Shown here: positions 1 through 10,255 of the stretch, piece by piece
How positions within the stretch are numbered: position 1 is the stretch's first letter
Layout: every line of letters begins with the position of its first letter
Assembly (NCBI GenBank): GCA_963706325.1
Contig: CAVPLT010000004.1
Location: 960,001 to 1,024,000 of the forward strand
Direction: 5' to 3'
Origin: an uncultured Nitrospiraceae bacterium
GTDB taxonomy: Bacteria > Nitrospirota > Nitrospiria > Nitrospirales > Nitrospiraceae
Length of the DNA stretch: 64,000 nucleotides
Made by a program: the position numbers and the translations under genes
The notes under the pieces: model-generated
The model's database searches: none
Told to the model about the DNA's origin: nothing
Seen by the model: the letters and a program-made list of their open reading frames with translations, nothing else

Positions 1-42
1 AGAAGAGAACCTAACGCTGAAGAGATGTGCGAGGATCGCGTG

Positions 43-2028
43 ATGAAAGCAAACGCACCGAATGTGAACCGACGAAAGTTCTTGCGTCAAAGCGTGGCCT
101 TCATGGCTACAGGCGCCGGCGCCCTTGCTTCGCCTGCCGGCTTCCTTTCTCTCACGTACCTGACCAAGGCTGCGCTCTTGGGAGAGCAGGCCAGCGCCCA
201 AAGCCCAAGTAGTTCTCCTTCCACTCAGGAAGAGGCCCGACTTGCGCGTGGATTGCTCTACCCGCAGCAGAACCACTTCCGCAACGTCTTCGACACGTCC
301 GGACTTTGGCAGTTTCAACTTGACCCGCGGGAGGAAGGGGAAGCGCAGGGGTGGGTCAATGCATTGCCATCGCCGCGGCCTATTGCCGTGCCCTGCAGTT
401 GGAACGACCTGTTTGATGACGCGCGGGATTATCTCGGCCTTGCCTGGTATTGGAACGAACTGTGGGTACCGTCGGCTTGGCGCGGCCAGCGCGTATTCCT
501 CCGCATCGGTTCGGCGAACTACGCCGCGAAGGCGTGGGTCAACGGCACGGTTGTGGCCGAGCATGAGGGCGGGCATCTTCCTTTTGCCGGCGAGATCACC
601 AGTCAGTTAGTGTGGGACCGGAAGAACGTCATTGCCATCACGGTCGAGAACGAGCAACTGCCCGAGCGCGTGCCCCCTGGACCAGCGGCCGGGGGTGGAG
701 GAGTGGCCGGGGTCTTGGGGGGCTTCCCGGCGACAACGTACGACTTTTTTCCCTACGCGGGACTACACCGCCCAGTGGTGCTCTACTCGGTTCCTGCCGC
801 CGCGCATATCGAGGACGTGACGGTGGTCACGACGGTTGAAGGCGACTGACGGCGTCGTCACGATCAAGGTGGCAACGGCGGAAGGGTATGCCGGTAAAGG
901 AACAGCGAGAGTGAACGACATCGAAGCCGGTCTGACCTTCCGCGCCGGCGCGGCTGAAGCAACCCTGCGCGTGCCTTCCGCGCGATGCTGGGGTCCGCAG
1001 GACCCGCACCTCTATCCGCTGACGATTACATTCACCGACGGGCAGCGACTCACCGATGAGTATCGACTCGACATCGGCATCCGCACCATCACAGTGCGCG
1101 GGGATCAGTTGCTGCTCAACGGACAGCCGATCATGCTCAGGGGATTCGGCAAGCACGAAGACTTTCCGCTGAGCGGACGCGGACTCAACCTGCCGATGTG
1201 GATCCGGGACTACGAGCTGCTCAAATGGGTCGGGCGCTAATTCGTACCGCACGTCGCACTACCCCTACGCGGAAGAGGCCATGCAGCTGGCCGACCGGCT
1301 CGGTGTACTGGTGATCAATGAGATTCCCGCCGTCGGTTTGAACTTCGAGGACTCGAATCGATTGATGGCACACGCCTCGCGCAGTGCAAGCAGCAGCTCC
1401 ATGAGCTGATTGCGCGCGACAAGAACCACCCGAGCACGATCATGTGGAACGTGGCGAACGAGTCGATGGGCGGTCCGCCGCTTGGTATGGGTATCCCGCC
1501 GCCGAAAGCCGTCGAGGCGGGCATGCGCTTTTTCGCGAGCTGTATGCGGAGGCGCACCGGCTGGATGGAACGCGTCCGGTGACGCTCGTCGGAGTGCAGG
1601 GCGGAGTGCGAGATTGGCATGGCCTGTTCGATGTGGTCTGCGTCAACCGCTACTACGGGTGGTACAGCCAGCCGGGACAGCTCGAACAGGGAGCAGAGGC
1701 GCTGGCGCGGGAGCTGGACGAACTGCATCACGCATTCGGCAAGCCTATGATCGTCACCGAATTCGGCGCTGACACGATAGCCGGCACGCACCACCAGCCG
1801 CCGGAGATGTGGACCGAGGAATATCAAGTTGAATTTCTGCGTGGCTTTCTTGATGTGGCCGCGCGGCGGCCGTTCGTCGCAGGGATGCACGTCTGGAACT
1901 TCGCCGACTTTAAGACCGGGCAGGGCACGATGCGCGCGGCCGGAATGAATTTCAAGGGTGTCTTCACACGTGACCGGCGGCCCAAGATGGCCGCGCATTT
2001 CCTGCGGTCACGATGGTTCCAGAAATGA
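43..2028 (+). pseudogene. uidA: GH2 beta-glucuronidase with Tat signal, broken by about four frameshifts (possibly sequencing indels)
   Basis: N-terminal NRRKFL twin-arginine motif. GH2 motifs recovered across frames: [57 protein letters not shown] (acid/base), NRYYGWY, TEFGAD (nucleophile), WNFADF, NFKGVFTRDRRPK. Shifts near 845, 1235, 1370 and 1532. Confidence 0.85.
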
Positions 2029-2043
2029 AAAGGAGGATTCGCG

Positions 2044-2913
2044 ATGATGCTCGTGACAGGGGCGACAGGAAAACTGGGCCGCCATGTTATGGAAGGGTTG
2101 CTGGTGAAGGGGCCTGCAACCGAGTTGGCCGTGGCAGTACGGAATGTTGCCAAAGCAGCAGACTACGCCGCACGCGGCGTAGCCGTACGTCACGCTGACT
2201 ACGATCAACCCCATACGCTTGTCGCCGCATTCACCGGCATCGACAAGGTGCTGCTGATTTCAGGGAGCGAAGTGGGAAAACGCGCCGCGCAGCATCTCGC
2301 CGTCATCAAGGCGGCCCAAAGCGCGGGCGTGCGGTTCCTGGCGTACACCAGCATGCTGCGCGCCGATACCTCGGGCCTGGCCCTTGCGCGGGAACACAAG
2401 ACGACCGAGGATGCTATTCGTGGGTCCGGCCTAGCCTACGTGTTGCTGCGCAACGGTTGGTACATTGAGAATCATACCGAGCAGCTCGATGCCGTGTTGA
2501 AGCATGGCGTGATCGCCGGCGCCGCGGGTGACGGCCGATTTGCCTCGGCGGCCCGCCAGGACTATGCGGCGGCTGCAGTGACGGTGCTCACGGAAGAAGG
2601 CCATGAGAACAGGGTGTACGAGCTGACCGGCGACAGTCCCTTCACGCTGGAGGAGTTGGCGGCTGAGGTTTCGAAGCAGGCCGGGAAGGCAATCGCCTAC
2701 ACGAACCTTTCGCCGGAGCAGTACAAAAACGTGCTCGTCGGTGCCGGAATGCCTAGTCCTTACACCGACATTTTGGTCGACGCCGATGTGGGTGCGTCTC
2801 GCGGTGAGCTCGATGGCGCGTCCGGCGATCTGCGCCGCTTGATCGGCCGACCGAGCACATCGCTCAGGGATGCGATCGAGGCGGCGTTGAAGAATGGCAA
2901 TGCTATCCGTTGA
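2044..2913 (+). CDS. NmrA-like NAD(P)H-binding oxidoreductase (QorB/YtfG-like)
   Basis: VTGATGKLG Rossmann motif, LRNGWY; RBS aggagg upstream. Confidence 0.85.
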   Translation: MMLVTGATGKLGRHVMEGLLVKGPATELAVAVRNVAKAADYAARGVAVRHADYDQPHTLVAAFTGIDKVLLISGSEVGKRAAQHLAVIKAAQSAGVRFLAYTSMLRADTSGLALAREHKTTEDAIRGSGLAYVLLRNGWYIENHTEQLDAVLKHGVIAGAAGDGRFASAARQDYAAAAVTVLTEEGHENRVYELTGDSPFTLEELAAEVSKQAGKAIAYTNLSPEQYKNVLVGAGMPSPYTDILVDADVGASRGELDGASGDLRRLIGRPSTSLRDAIEAALKNGNAIR

Positions 2914-3064
2914 CCAGTTCTATGCACCACGAGAGGAGATCCTTTCGTGATGTCCAAAGTCACTCAGCGGTACCACCCGCGAAGAGCCTGCCGCCCGTAC
3001 GGTTCCATCCGACAGGACGATCGGCGAGACTTCCCGATTCCAATTAACCACCAGGGATGTGGAT

Positions 3065-4054
3065 ATGGCTCGTTTTTCTATTCTTGATCTGGCATTCGCT
3101 TCGGTAGGCAACACCCCGGCTGACGCATTCAGGAATTCGCTACACCTGGCGCAGCATGCCGAGCGTTGGGGATATCACCGCTTTTGGCTCGCCGAGCATC
3201 ACAACCTGATCGGTATTGCCAGCGCTGCGACAGCAGTCGTGATCGGCCATGTCGCCGCTGGAACGCGCACGATTCGCGTCGGTGCAGGCGGCATCATGCT
3301 ACCGAACCATGCGCCGCTAATGGTGGCCGAACAATTCGGCACATTGGAATCGCTTTTCCCGGGGCGAATCGATCTCGGCCTTGGCCGCGCGCCCGGAACA
3401 GATCAGCGCACCGCGCGGGCATTGCGGCGCAATCCGGCAAGCAGCGACAGTTTTCCCCGTGACGTGCTGGAACTGCAGGCGTTCTTCGGGCCGGTTCAGG
3501 ACGGTCAGGCAGTTCAAGCGGTGCCGGGCGCCGGTCTCCAGGTGCCGCTTTGGATCCTCGGATCGACGTTGTTCGGCGCTCAGCTTGCCGCCATGCTTGG
3601 CCTCCCGTACGCGTTTGCGTCTCATTTCTCTCCGGCTGCGTTGATGCAGGCGCTGCAGGCCTATCACAGCGGGTTCAAGCCATCGCAGCAACTGGATCGG
3701 CCCCACGCGGCTGCGGGGATCAATGTCTTTGCGGCCGACAGCGATGCGCAAGCGAGCCTGCTCTTTACCTCTGCACAACAACAGTTCACCAGTCTGTTCC
3801 GGGGCACGCCCGGCCGGCTTCAGCCGCCCATCGATGACATCGAGACCTACTGGACGCCGACAGAGAAGGCGCAGGCCTCCGGGATGCTCACCTATTCGTT
3901 CGTCGGATCGCCTGAAACCGTGCGGCTTGGTTTGAAGCAGTTCCTGGAACAAACGGCTGTCGACGAAGTGTTTATCGCATCTGCGATCTATGACCATGCC
4001 GCGCGGCTGCGATCGTACCAAATCGTGGCAGACATCTTCTCCACATGGGCCTAA
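3065..4054 (+). CDS. LLM-class (luciferase-like) flavin-dependent oxidoreductase
   Basis: [30 protein letters not shown] motifs. Confidence 0.9.
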   Translation: MARFSILDLAFASVGNTPADAFRNSLHLAQHAERWGYHRFWLAEHHNLIGIASAATAVVIGHVAAGTRTIRVGAGGIMLPNHAPLMVAEQFGTLESLFPGRIDLGLGRAPGTDQRTARALRRNPASSDSFPRDVLELQAFFGPVQDGQAVQAVPGAGLQVPLWILGSTLFGAQLAAMLGLPYAFASHFSPAALMQALQAYHSGFKPSQQLDRPHAAAGINVFAADSDAQASLLFTSAQQQFTSLFRGTPGRLQPPIDDIETYWTPTEKAQASGMLTYSFVGSPETVRLGLKQFLEQTAVDEVFIASAIYDHAARLRSYQIVADIFSTWA

Positions 4055-4136
4055 TCAGCGCAGCCTGCGACCGGGTTAAGCAGCGCAGCGGGACACTGAA
4101 CCAGGAATGCATGGCAAATCGTGAGAAGGAACCAGG

Positions 4137-6947
4137 ATGAGCACTGCCCCGATTGAGCGCCAACGAATCGAAGGCTATCTCCAGAGCGTCGATGAAGTGC
4201 TGTCTGCCCAGGGCACGGATGCGCAGCAAGGCTTGAGTCGTGATGAGGCGCGGGCGCGGCTCGACAGGTACGGCAAGAATGAACTGACCGCCGAAAAGAT
4301 GGTCCCTGCCTGGAGAAAGTTCCTCGCTCAATTTCAAGATCTGCTCGTTCTGCTGCTGCTCGCCGCGGCGGCTATTTCGGCAGGCCTGTGGCTCTACGAA
4401 CGTGATTCTGCATTGCCCTATGAAGCGATGGCGATCTTTGCCGTGGTGCTGCTCAACGCCATCATGGGGTACATTCAACAGGCACGGGCGGAGGAAGCGG
4501 TCGCCGCCTTGCGCCAGATGTCGGCGGCGCAGGCTCACGTCATCCGTGATGGCGCGCGGCAGAGCATTCCCGCGAACGAAGTCGTGCCCGGTGACATCAT
4601 CCTCACCGAAGAGGGTGACACCATTCCAGCCGACGCGCGACTCATTGAGTCAGCCGCGCTGCAAACGGCCGAGGCGGCGCTGACGGGCGAGAGCCTGCCG
4701 GTTTCGAAAGACGTGGTTTCGATTACGGAAGAGGCCGGTCTGGGGGATCGCCGCAACATGCTCTTCAGCGGCACGGCGGCGACCTATGGGCACGGGCGCG
4801 CCGTGGTCACGGCGACGGGCATGCAGACTCAGATGGGTCTCATCGCCGGGATGTTGAAGGAAGCTCCGGCAGAAACCACGCCGCTACAAAAGGAACTCGC
4901 CCGCGTCGGGAGACTGCTCGGATTTATCGTTGTCATCATTGCGGCTGTAATGATCGGAACGATCTTGCTGGTTGAGGACGTGCGCGGATTTTCGGCGTTT
5001 TTTGACGTGCTCATTCTGGGTGTCGCACTCGCGGTCGCCGCGGTGCCGGAAGGTTTGCCGGCGGTGGTGACTGCCGTGCTGTCCCTCGGCGTGCAGCGCA
5101 TGGCAAAAAAGCACGCCATCGTGCGCCATCTTGCCGCAGTGGAGACGCTCGGTTCGGCTGACGTCATCGCCTCCGATAAAACCGGGACCCTCACGAAGAA
5201 TGAAATGACGGTGCGGGCCGTCGTCACCGCGAGCGGGCGGATCCACATCGAGGGCACGGGTTACGAGCCGCAGGGCGACGTGCGGCGAGAGGGAGGCGGG
5301 GCGGTCGACGGCGCCCTGCGATTCGAACTCCAGCGTGCGCTGGCGGCCGCGGATCGCGCCAACAACGCGGTGGTGCAAGAGCGCGACGGACGGTGGATTG
5401 TGCAGGGGGACCCGACGGAAGGCGCGCTCATCGTCGCGGCGCGCAAAGCCGGGCTTGAGGATGACGCGCTCGATGCACGCTTTGCCCGTGTCGGGGAGGT
5501 TCCCTTTTCCTCCGAACGGAAATTGATGAGCACGGTTCATACGGACGCCGACAAGCGCGAGCGCCTGCTCGCCTTTACCAAGGGTGCTCCGGACGTGCTC
5601 CTCGCATGCTGTTCGCATGAGCTTTTCGGGGAAGAGCTTCGGCCTCTGACGGATGAACGTCGATCGGACATTCTGAAGCTGAATGAAGAACTGGCCGGTG
5701 AAGCTCTGCGCACGCTGGGGGTGTCCTCTCGATCTCTGCCGAAAGATTCCTTCAAAGACGAGGATGTGGATGCGACGGTCGAACATGATCTGACTTTCCT
5801 GGGATTGATCGGCATGATTGACCCTCCCCGCGAGGAAGCGAAGGTAGCGGTGACGCGCGCGAAAGGCGCCGGCATCCGCCCGATGATGATTACAGGCGAT
5901 CATCCCAAGACGGCCGCTGTCATTGCCGCGGAACTCGGTATCACCACGGACGGACGAGCGGTCACCGGTGCGGAACTGGAGAGGATGCCGGATGCCGTGC
6001 TCGACCGGACAGTTCAAGAGGTGTCGGTCTACGCGCGTGTCAACCCGGAGCATAAGTTGCGAATCGTGAAGGCGCTGCAGCGTCAAGGTGTGACGGTCGC
6101 GATGACGGGTGACGGCGTCAACGATGCGCCCGCATTGAAGACCGCCGACATCGGCGTGGCCATGGGGATCACGGGTACGGACGTGTCCAAGGAAGCGGCG
6201 GACATGATATTGGCCGACGATAACTTCGCCACCATCGTGGCGGCTGTCGAAGAGGGGCGGGCGATTTTCGCGAACATCCGCAAATTTCTTCGTTACCTGC
6301 TTTCATCGAATCTCGGCGAAGTGATGACGATGTTCTTCGGCGTGCTGCTGGCGGACATCATCGGGTTGGTCCCTCAGGGCGGGAGCGGCCTGGTGCTGCC
6401 GCTGCTGGCGACGCAAATCCTCTGGATCAACCTGGTGACCGACGGAGCCCCAGCGCTTGCGCTGGGTGTCGATCCGGCGGACGCGGGCATGATGGACCTC
6501 CCGCCGCGAGCGCGGGGCGAAGGGGTGATCACGCGTACCATGTGGGCGGGGATCCTCTTCGTCGGCATAATCATGGCGGCAGGAACCCTGCTCGTGCTTG
6601 ACGCCAGCTTGCCTGGCGGACTGATCGAAGGTTCGGGTACGGTGGGGTACGCACAGACGATGGCATTTACGACGCTGATGATGTTTCAGCTGTTCAACAT
6701 CTTCAATGCGCGTTCAGACGAACACAGCGCCTTCTCGGGACTCTTCACAAATTATTGGCTGTGGGCGGGAATCGCATTCTCGCTTCTCCTTCATGTCGCG
6801 GTCATTTACATCCCGTTTTTGCAGCAGGCATTTTCAACGGTGAGCTTGGGCGCCGACGACTGGCTGCGTTGCGCGGTGGTGGCAAGCTCGGTCCTGTGGC
6901 TGCGTGAATTGAGCAAGGTGCTGATGCGCGTGGCAAGCCGCAAGTAA
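4137..6947 (+). CDS. Cation-translocating P-type ATPase, PII (Ca2+-type)
   Basis: TGES, AVPEGLP, SDKTGTLT (phospho-Asp), KGAPD, TGDGVNDAPAL, WINLVTD. Confidence 0.93.
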   Translation: MSTAPIERQRIEGYLQSVDEVLSAQGTDAQQGLSRDEARARLDRYGKNELTAEKMVPAWRKFLAQFQDLLVLLLLAAAAISAGLWLYERDSALPYEAMAIFAVVLLNAIMGYIQQARAEEAVAALRQMSAAQAHVIRDGARQSIPANEVVPGDIILTEEGDTIPADARLIESAALQTAEAALTGESLPVSKDVVSITEEAGLGDRRNMLFSGTAATYGHGRAVVTATGMQTQMGLIAGMLKEAPAETTPLQKELARVGRLLGFIVVIIAAVMIGTILLVEDVRGFSAFFDVLILGVALAVAAVPEGLPAVVTAVLSLGVQRMAKKHAIVRHLAAVETLGSADVIASDKTGTLTKNEMTVRAVVTASGRIHIEGTGYEPQGDVRREGGGAVDGALRFELQRALAAADRANNAVVQERDGRWIVQGDPTEGALIVAARKAGLEDDALDARFARVGEVPFSSERKLMSTVHTDADKRERLLAFTKGAPDVLLACCSHELFGEELRPLTDERRSDILKLNEELAGEALRTLGVSSRSLPKDSFKDEDVDATVEHDLTFLGLIGMIDPPREEAKVAVTRAKGAGIRPMMITGDHPKTAAVIAAELGITTDGRAVTGAELERMPDAVLDRTVQEVSVYARVNPEHKLRIVKALQRQGVTVAMTGDGVNDAPALKTADIGVAMGITGTDVSKEAADMILADDNFATIVAAVEEGRAIFANIRKFLRYLLSSNLGEVMTMFFGVLLADIIGLVPQGGSGLVLPLLATQILWINLVTDGAPALALGVDPADAGMMDLPPRARGEGVITRTMWAGILFVGIIMAAGTLLVLDASLPGGLIEGSGTVGYAQTMAFTTLMMFQLFNIFNARSDEHSAFSGLFTNYWLWAGIAFSLLLHVAVIYIPFLQQAFSTVSLGADDWLRCAVVASSVLWLRELSKVLMRVASRK

Positions 6948-6976
6948 GCCGCCGGCTTCGCCGGTTTGAAGGCCGG

Positions 6977-9900
6977 TCAATCGAGCTTGAATACGCGCGT
7001 GCTGCCGCAGGCGAATTCATAGATCTCATTTTTGAGTCCCAGATTGATCGGGATCTGGCCGACATCGCGTCCACGCACGGTGAGAGTATCCCGCGTGAGG
7101 CGTAGGTCGAGCGTATGCCCGCGATAGCGGATGCGCATATCGAGGCGCTCCAGCTCCTGCGGCAATTTCGGATTGAATCGGAGCACGTCCCCAGTCACTT
7201 CGATACCTGTGGATACCCGCTTGACCAAATCGACGCTGCCCGCCATCGCGCCCAGATGAACCCCCTCCTCGGTGGTGCCCTGCTGAATATCGCTCACATC
7301 GCTCTGCAGGGCTTCGGCGAAATAGGTCATCGCGCGCGGCCGGTCGGAACGCGCCAGCACCCACGCATGGACCACCCGGGACAACGTCGATCCATGCGTA
7401 GAACGGGCGTCATAGTAGGCCACGTTTCGCGGAATGGTCTCGTATGGGAATGGATAGTTCAGGCGGGCGAACAGCTCCCCGAGCTCCTCGGAGGAAAACA
7501 GATAGAACAGCATCAGCACGTCGGCTTGCTTGGACAATTTGTAACGGTTTGCGCTGTCATTCTCCGCTTCGAGAATCAGTTCGAGGCGCTGGATGTTGCC
7601 GTAACGCATGCGGTAGCGCTCCCAATCCAACTCGGCTAACTGTTCATAGCCTTCGAACTGGCTGATGATCCCATCGCCATGAAACGGCACATACATTCTT
7701 CGGCTGATGTCATCCCAGTGGGCGAGTTCGTCCGTCGTCAACTGCAGCTGGGTCATGAGCTCGGCGCGACGGATGTCGGGCAGCAGCTTTAGCACCTCCT
7801 GTACCCGGCACAGCACCCATACGGCCATGATGTTGGTGTAGGAGTTGTTATTGAGACCGGGCGCGGAGGCGTTCGGATAGCTCTCGTGAAATTCGTCCGG
7901 GCCCATCACACCACGAATCTCATAGCGCTCGCGCTGCTCGTTGAATTGCGAGATGCTTGCCCAGAAGCGCGCGATGTCGAGCATCATCTCGGCGCCGTAG
8001 AACTGCAGAAACTCAACGTCGTGCGTGACTTGGTAATATTGCCAGACGTTATAGGCGATGGCACTGCCCACATGGCGCTGCAGGTAGGAGTTATCGGGGA
8101 TCCAGCGCCGCGAGTGGGGGTTCAGGTTGAGTTCCTGGGTCTCTTCCTGTCCGTCGCTTCCGCTTTGCCAGGGGAACATGGCCCCTCGAAACCCTGCGCC
8201 CGTGGCCGCCGCGCGCGCCTCCTCGAGCCGCCGATAGCGGTACATCAACAGTGACCGGGTGATTTCCGGCATTCGATAATTAAGGAACGGGAAAATAAAC
8301 AACTCGTCCCAGAAGACGTGGCCCTGATAGGCTTCTCCCGTCCAGCCGCGGGCAGGGACGCCGATGTCGAGTCCGATGGAATTGGGCGAGACCGATTGCA
8401 GCAGATGCAACATGTTCAGGCGCAGCAGCATCGGGACATTCAGCTTGAACGCCTGGCCGAGCGGTTCCAGATGCATATCGAACCGGCGCCACAGATGTTT
8501 CCATGCCATCACATGCCGCGCCATGACTTCATCGAAACGACCCGCACGAGCCATCGCTTTGCGTGACGCCAGCCTGCACTCGGAAATGGCCGGATCCCTT
8601 GATGTATACAACGTGGCGATTTTTTCCAGCGCCAGCGTCTGGCCTTGCTGAAGGTCGATCACCAGCTCCTGTTCGATGCAATTCGGTTCCTGAATCACCC
8701 GGCGGCCTTTTTTGTAAAGCGCTCCGTCGACGAATGCCCGCATTCGCGCTGCCTGCGCCATGTGGATATTCGACTGACTGGTGCGCACCGCCAGAGACAC
8801 GCTGTCTTCGGCCACGACGTCGCTTGCCAGCGGGTCGAGGTGCGTGTTGTTGAACTCGCAATAGAGCCTGGCCCCCTGGTTGACGACACGTCCGTCGATC
8901 CCCGAACGGACCGTGACGCCTGCGGACCAGTTCTCCGCGGTCAGCGTCAGCTCCAATGCGGCCAGGTGCATGTCGTGCATCGAGACCAGGCGGCGCTCTT
9001 GAAGCGTCGTGCGCCGCCCCTCGCTGTCCTCGAAGCGTATCGTTCGAAACAGCATGTCGCGCCGGAGGTCCAATTCCTGGCGGTATGACAAAACTTTCAC
9101 GGTTCTGACATCGAACCATTCGTTATCGGCGACATGAAACGCGAGTGTCAGCCAGTTCGGAAAGTTAACGAGATCCTCATTTTCAACGATGCGGCCCGCA
9201 ATATCGGTGCGCATCCGATTGTAGCCGCAGGCGAGGTAGGTCCCCGGATAATGAACGTCATCCGCCGCTGCCCAGGGCAGGGCCGCACGCGTCGCAAAAT
9301 ACCCGTTCCCCAGTGTGCACAGGGCTTCGCGGATGCCCTCACTCGCAGGGTCGAATCCTTCATAGACCAGCGACCAGGACGCAGGGGGTTCCTCAGCGAT
9401 GGTCACATGCGCCAAGGTGGTCACCACCACATCGGCGCCTGCCTCCCGGAGCGCCTGCGAATGTCCGCCGCGATCGACGCCGATGACGGTGCCGAACCGG
9501 CCCGCTCGTCCCGCCTCAACCCCCGCGATCGCGTCCTCCACGACGACCGCGCGGGTCGGGTCCACCTTCAGGCGCGTCGCGGCCTCCAGGAATGCATCGG
9601 GCGCTGGCTTCCCGTTGAGGGTCAGCCGAATGATGTCCATTCCGTCCACCCGCGTATCGAAAAGATCGGCAATGCCGGCTGCCTCCATGACCGCCGCGCA
9701 GTTGATGCTGGAAGACACGACCGCCGTTTTGACTTCTTGCGCCCGAAGCATCCGTACGAGGTCGATGGCGGGGGCATAAGCTTGGATGCCATGCTCGGTC
9801 AGGTGTTGCATGAAGTAGGTGTCCTTCAGGTTTCCGAGCGCCTGCACTGACTGTATGTCCGAATCTTCTTCTGGGGAGGCGAACGGTAATTCGATTCCGC

Positions 9901-10153
9901 GCGACTTCAGGAAGCTTGCCACACCGTCATAACGAGGTTTGCCGTCGACGTAGCGGCGGTAGTCTTCCAGAACGTCAAACGGGACGAAGGGCTCGCCGGT
10001 TTTCGCAGCCCGCTGTTGAAGAAACTCATCGAACAGCCTCTTCCATGCCGCCGCATGCACAGTCGCAGTCTTGGTCAGTACGCCGTCGAGATCGAACAAG
10101 ACAGCGTCGTAGTCACGCGGGGACAGTGTAACGACGGGGCTGATGTTGGTCAT
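6977..10153 (-). CDS. HAD (beta-phosphoglucomutase-like) fused to GH65 disaccharide phosphorylase (trehalose/maltose/T6P phosphorylase family)
   Basis: N-terminal FDLDGV, GKPAPD and EDAIAG HAD motifs. GH65 motifs LGNGYFATR, GEAYQGHVFWD, GPDEFH, KQADV, HGSTLS. Start moved to MTNISP, which has an RBS. Confidence 0.88.
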   Translation of the reverse strand: MTNISPVVTLSPRDYDAVLFDLDGVLTKTATVHAAAWKRLFDEFLQQRAAKTGEPFVPFDVLEDYRRYVDGKPRYDGVASFLKSRGIELPFASPEEDSDIQSVQALGNLKDTYFMQHLTEHGIQAYAPAIDLVRMLRAQEVKTAVVSSSINCAAVMEAAGIADLFDTRVDGMDIIRLTLNGKPAPDAFLEAATRLKVDPTRAVVVEDAIAGVEAGRAGRFGTVIGVDRGGHSQALREAGADVVVTTLAHVTIAEEPPASWSLVYEGFDPASEGIREALCTLGNGYFATRAALPWAAADDVHYPGTYLACGYNRMRTDIAGRIVENEDLVNFPNWLTLAFHVADNEWFDVRTVKVLSYRQELDLRRDMLFRTIRFEDSEGRRTTLQERRLVSMHDMHLAALELTLTAENWSAGVTVRSGIDGRVVNQGARLYCEFNNTHLDPLASDVVAEDSVSLAVRTSQSNIHMAQAARMRAFVDGALYKKGRRVIQEPNCIEQELVIDLQQGQTLALEKIATLYTSRDPAISECRLASRKAMARAGRFDEVMARHVMAWKHLWRRFDMHLEPLGQAFKLNVPMLLRLNMLHLLQSVSPNSIGLDIGVPARGWTGEAYQGHVFWDELFIFPFLNYRMPEITRSLLMYRYRRLEEARAAATGAGFRGAMFPWQSGSDGQEETQELNLNPHSRRWIPDNSYLQRHVGSAIAYNVWQYYQVTHDVEFLQFYGAEMMLDIARFWASISQFNEQRERYEIRGVMGPDEFHESYPNASAPGLNNNSYTNIMAVWVLCRVQEVLKLLPDIRRAELMTQLQLTTDELAHWDDISRRMYVPFHGDGIISQFEGYEQLAELDWERYRMRYGNIQRLELILEAENDSANRYKLSKQADVLMLFYLFSSEELGELFARLNYPFPYETIPRNVAYYDARSTHGSTLSRVVHAWVLARSDRPRAMTYFAEALQSDVSDIQQGTTEEGVHLGAMAGSVDLVKRVSTGIEVTGDVLRFNPKLPQELERLDMRIRYRGHTLDLRLTRDTLTVRGRDVGQIPINLGLKNEIYEFACGSTRVFKLD

Positions 10154-10255
10154 AACAGATTCCTTGTATGGAGGTATTCCCGACATGGGTTCAGTGGCGC
10201 AGAACTCGCCGCGGCGTGAGCCACACGTCATCGAGATTCAATGAGAGAGCAAACG

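Noticed and set aside
845..1540. Programmed frameshifting in GH2
   Set aside because: Four shifts without slippery heptamers; error or decay is simpler
4884..6086. Long antisense ORFs (also 19374..20411, 24908..25795, 35246..36163, 21974..22849)
   Set aside because: Shadows of GC-rich coding genes with no recognisable motifs
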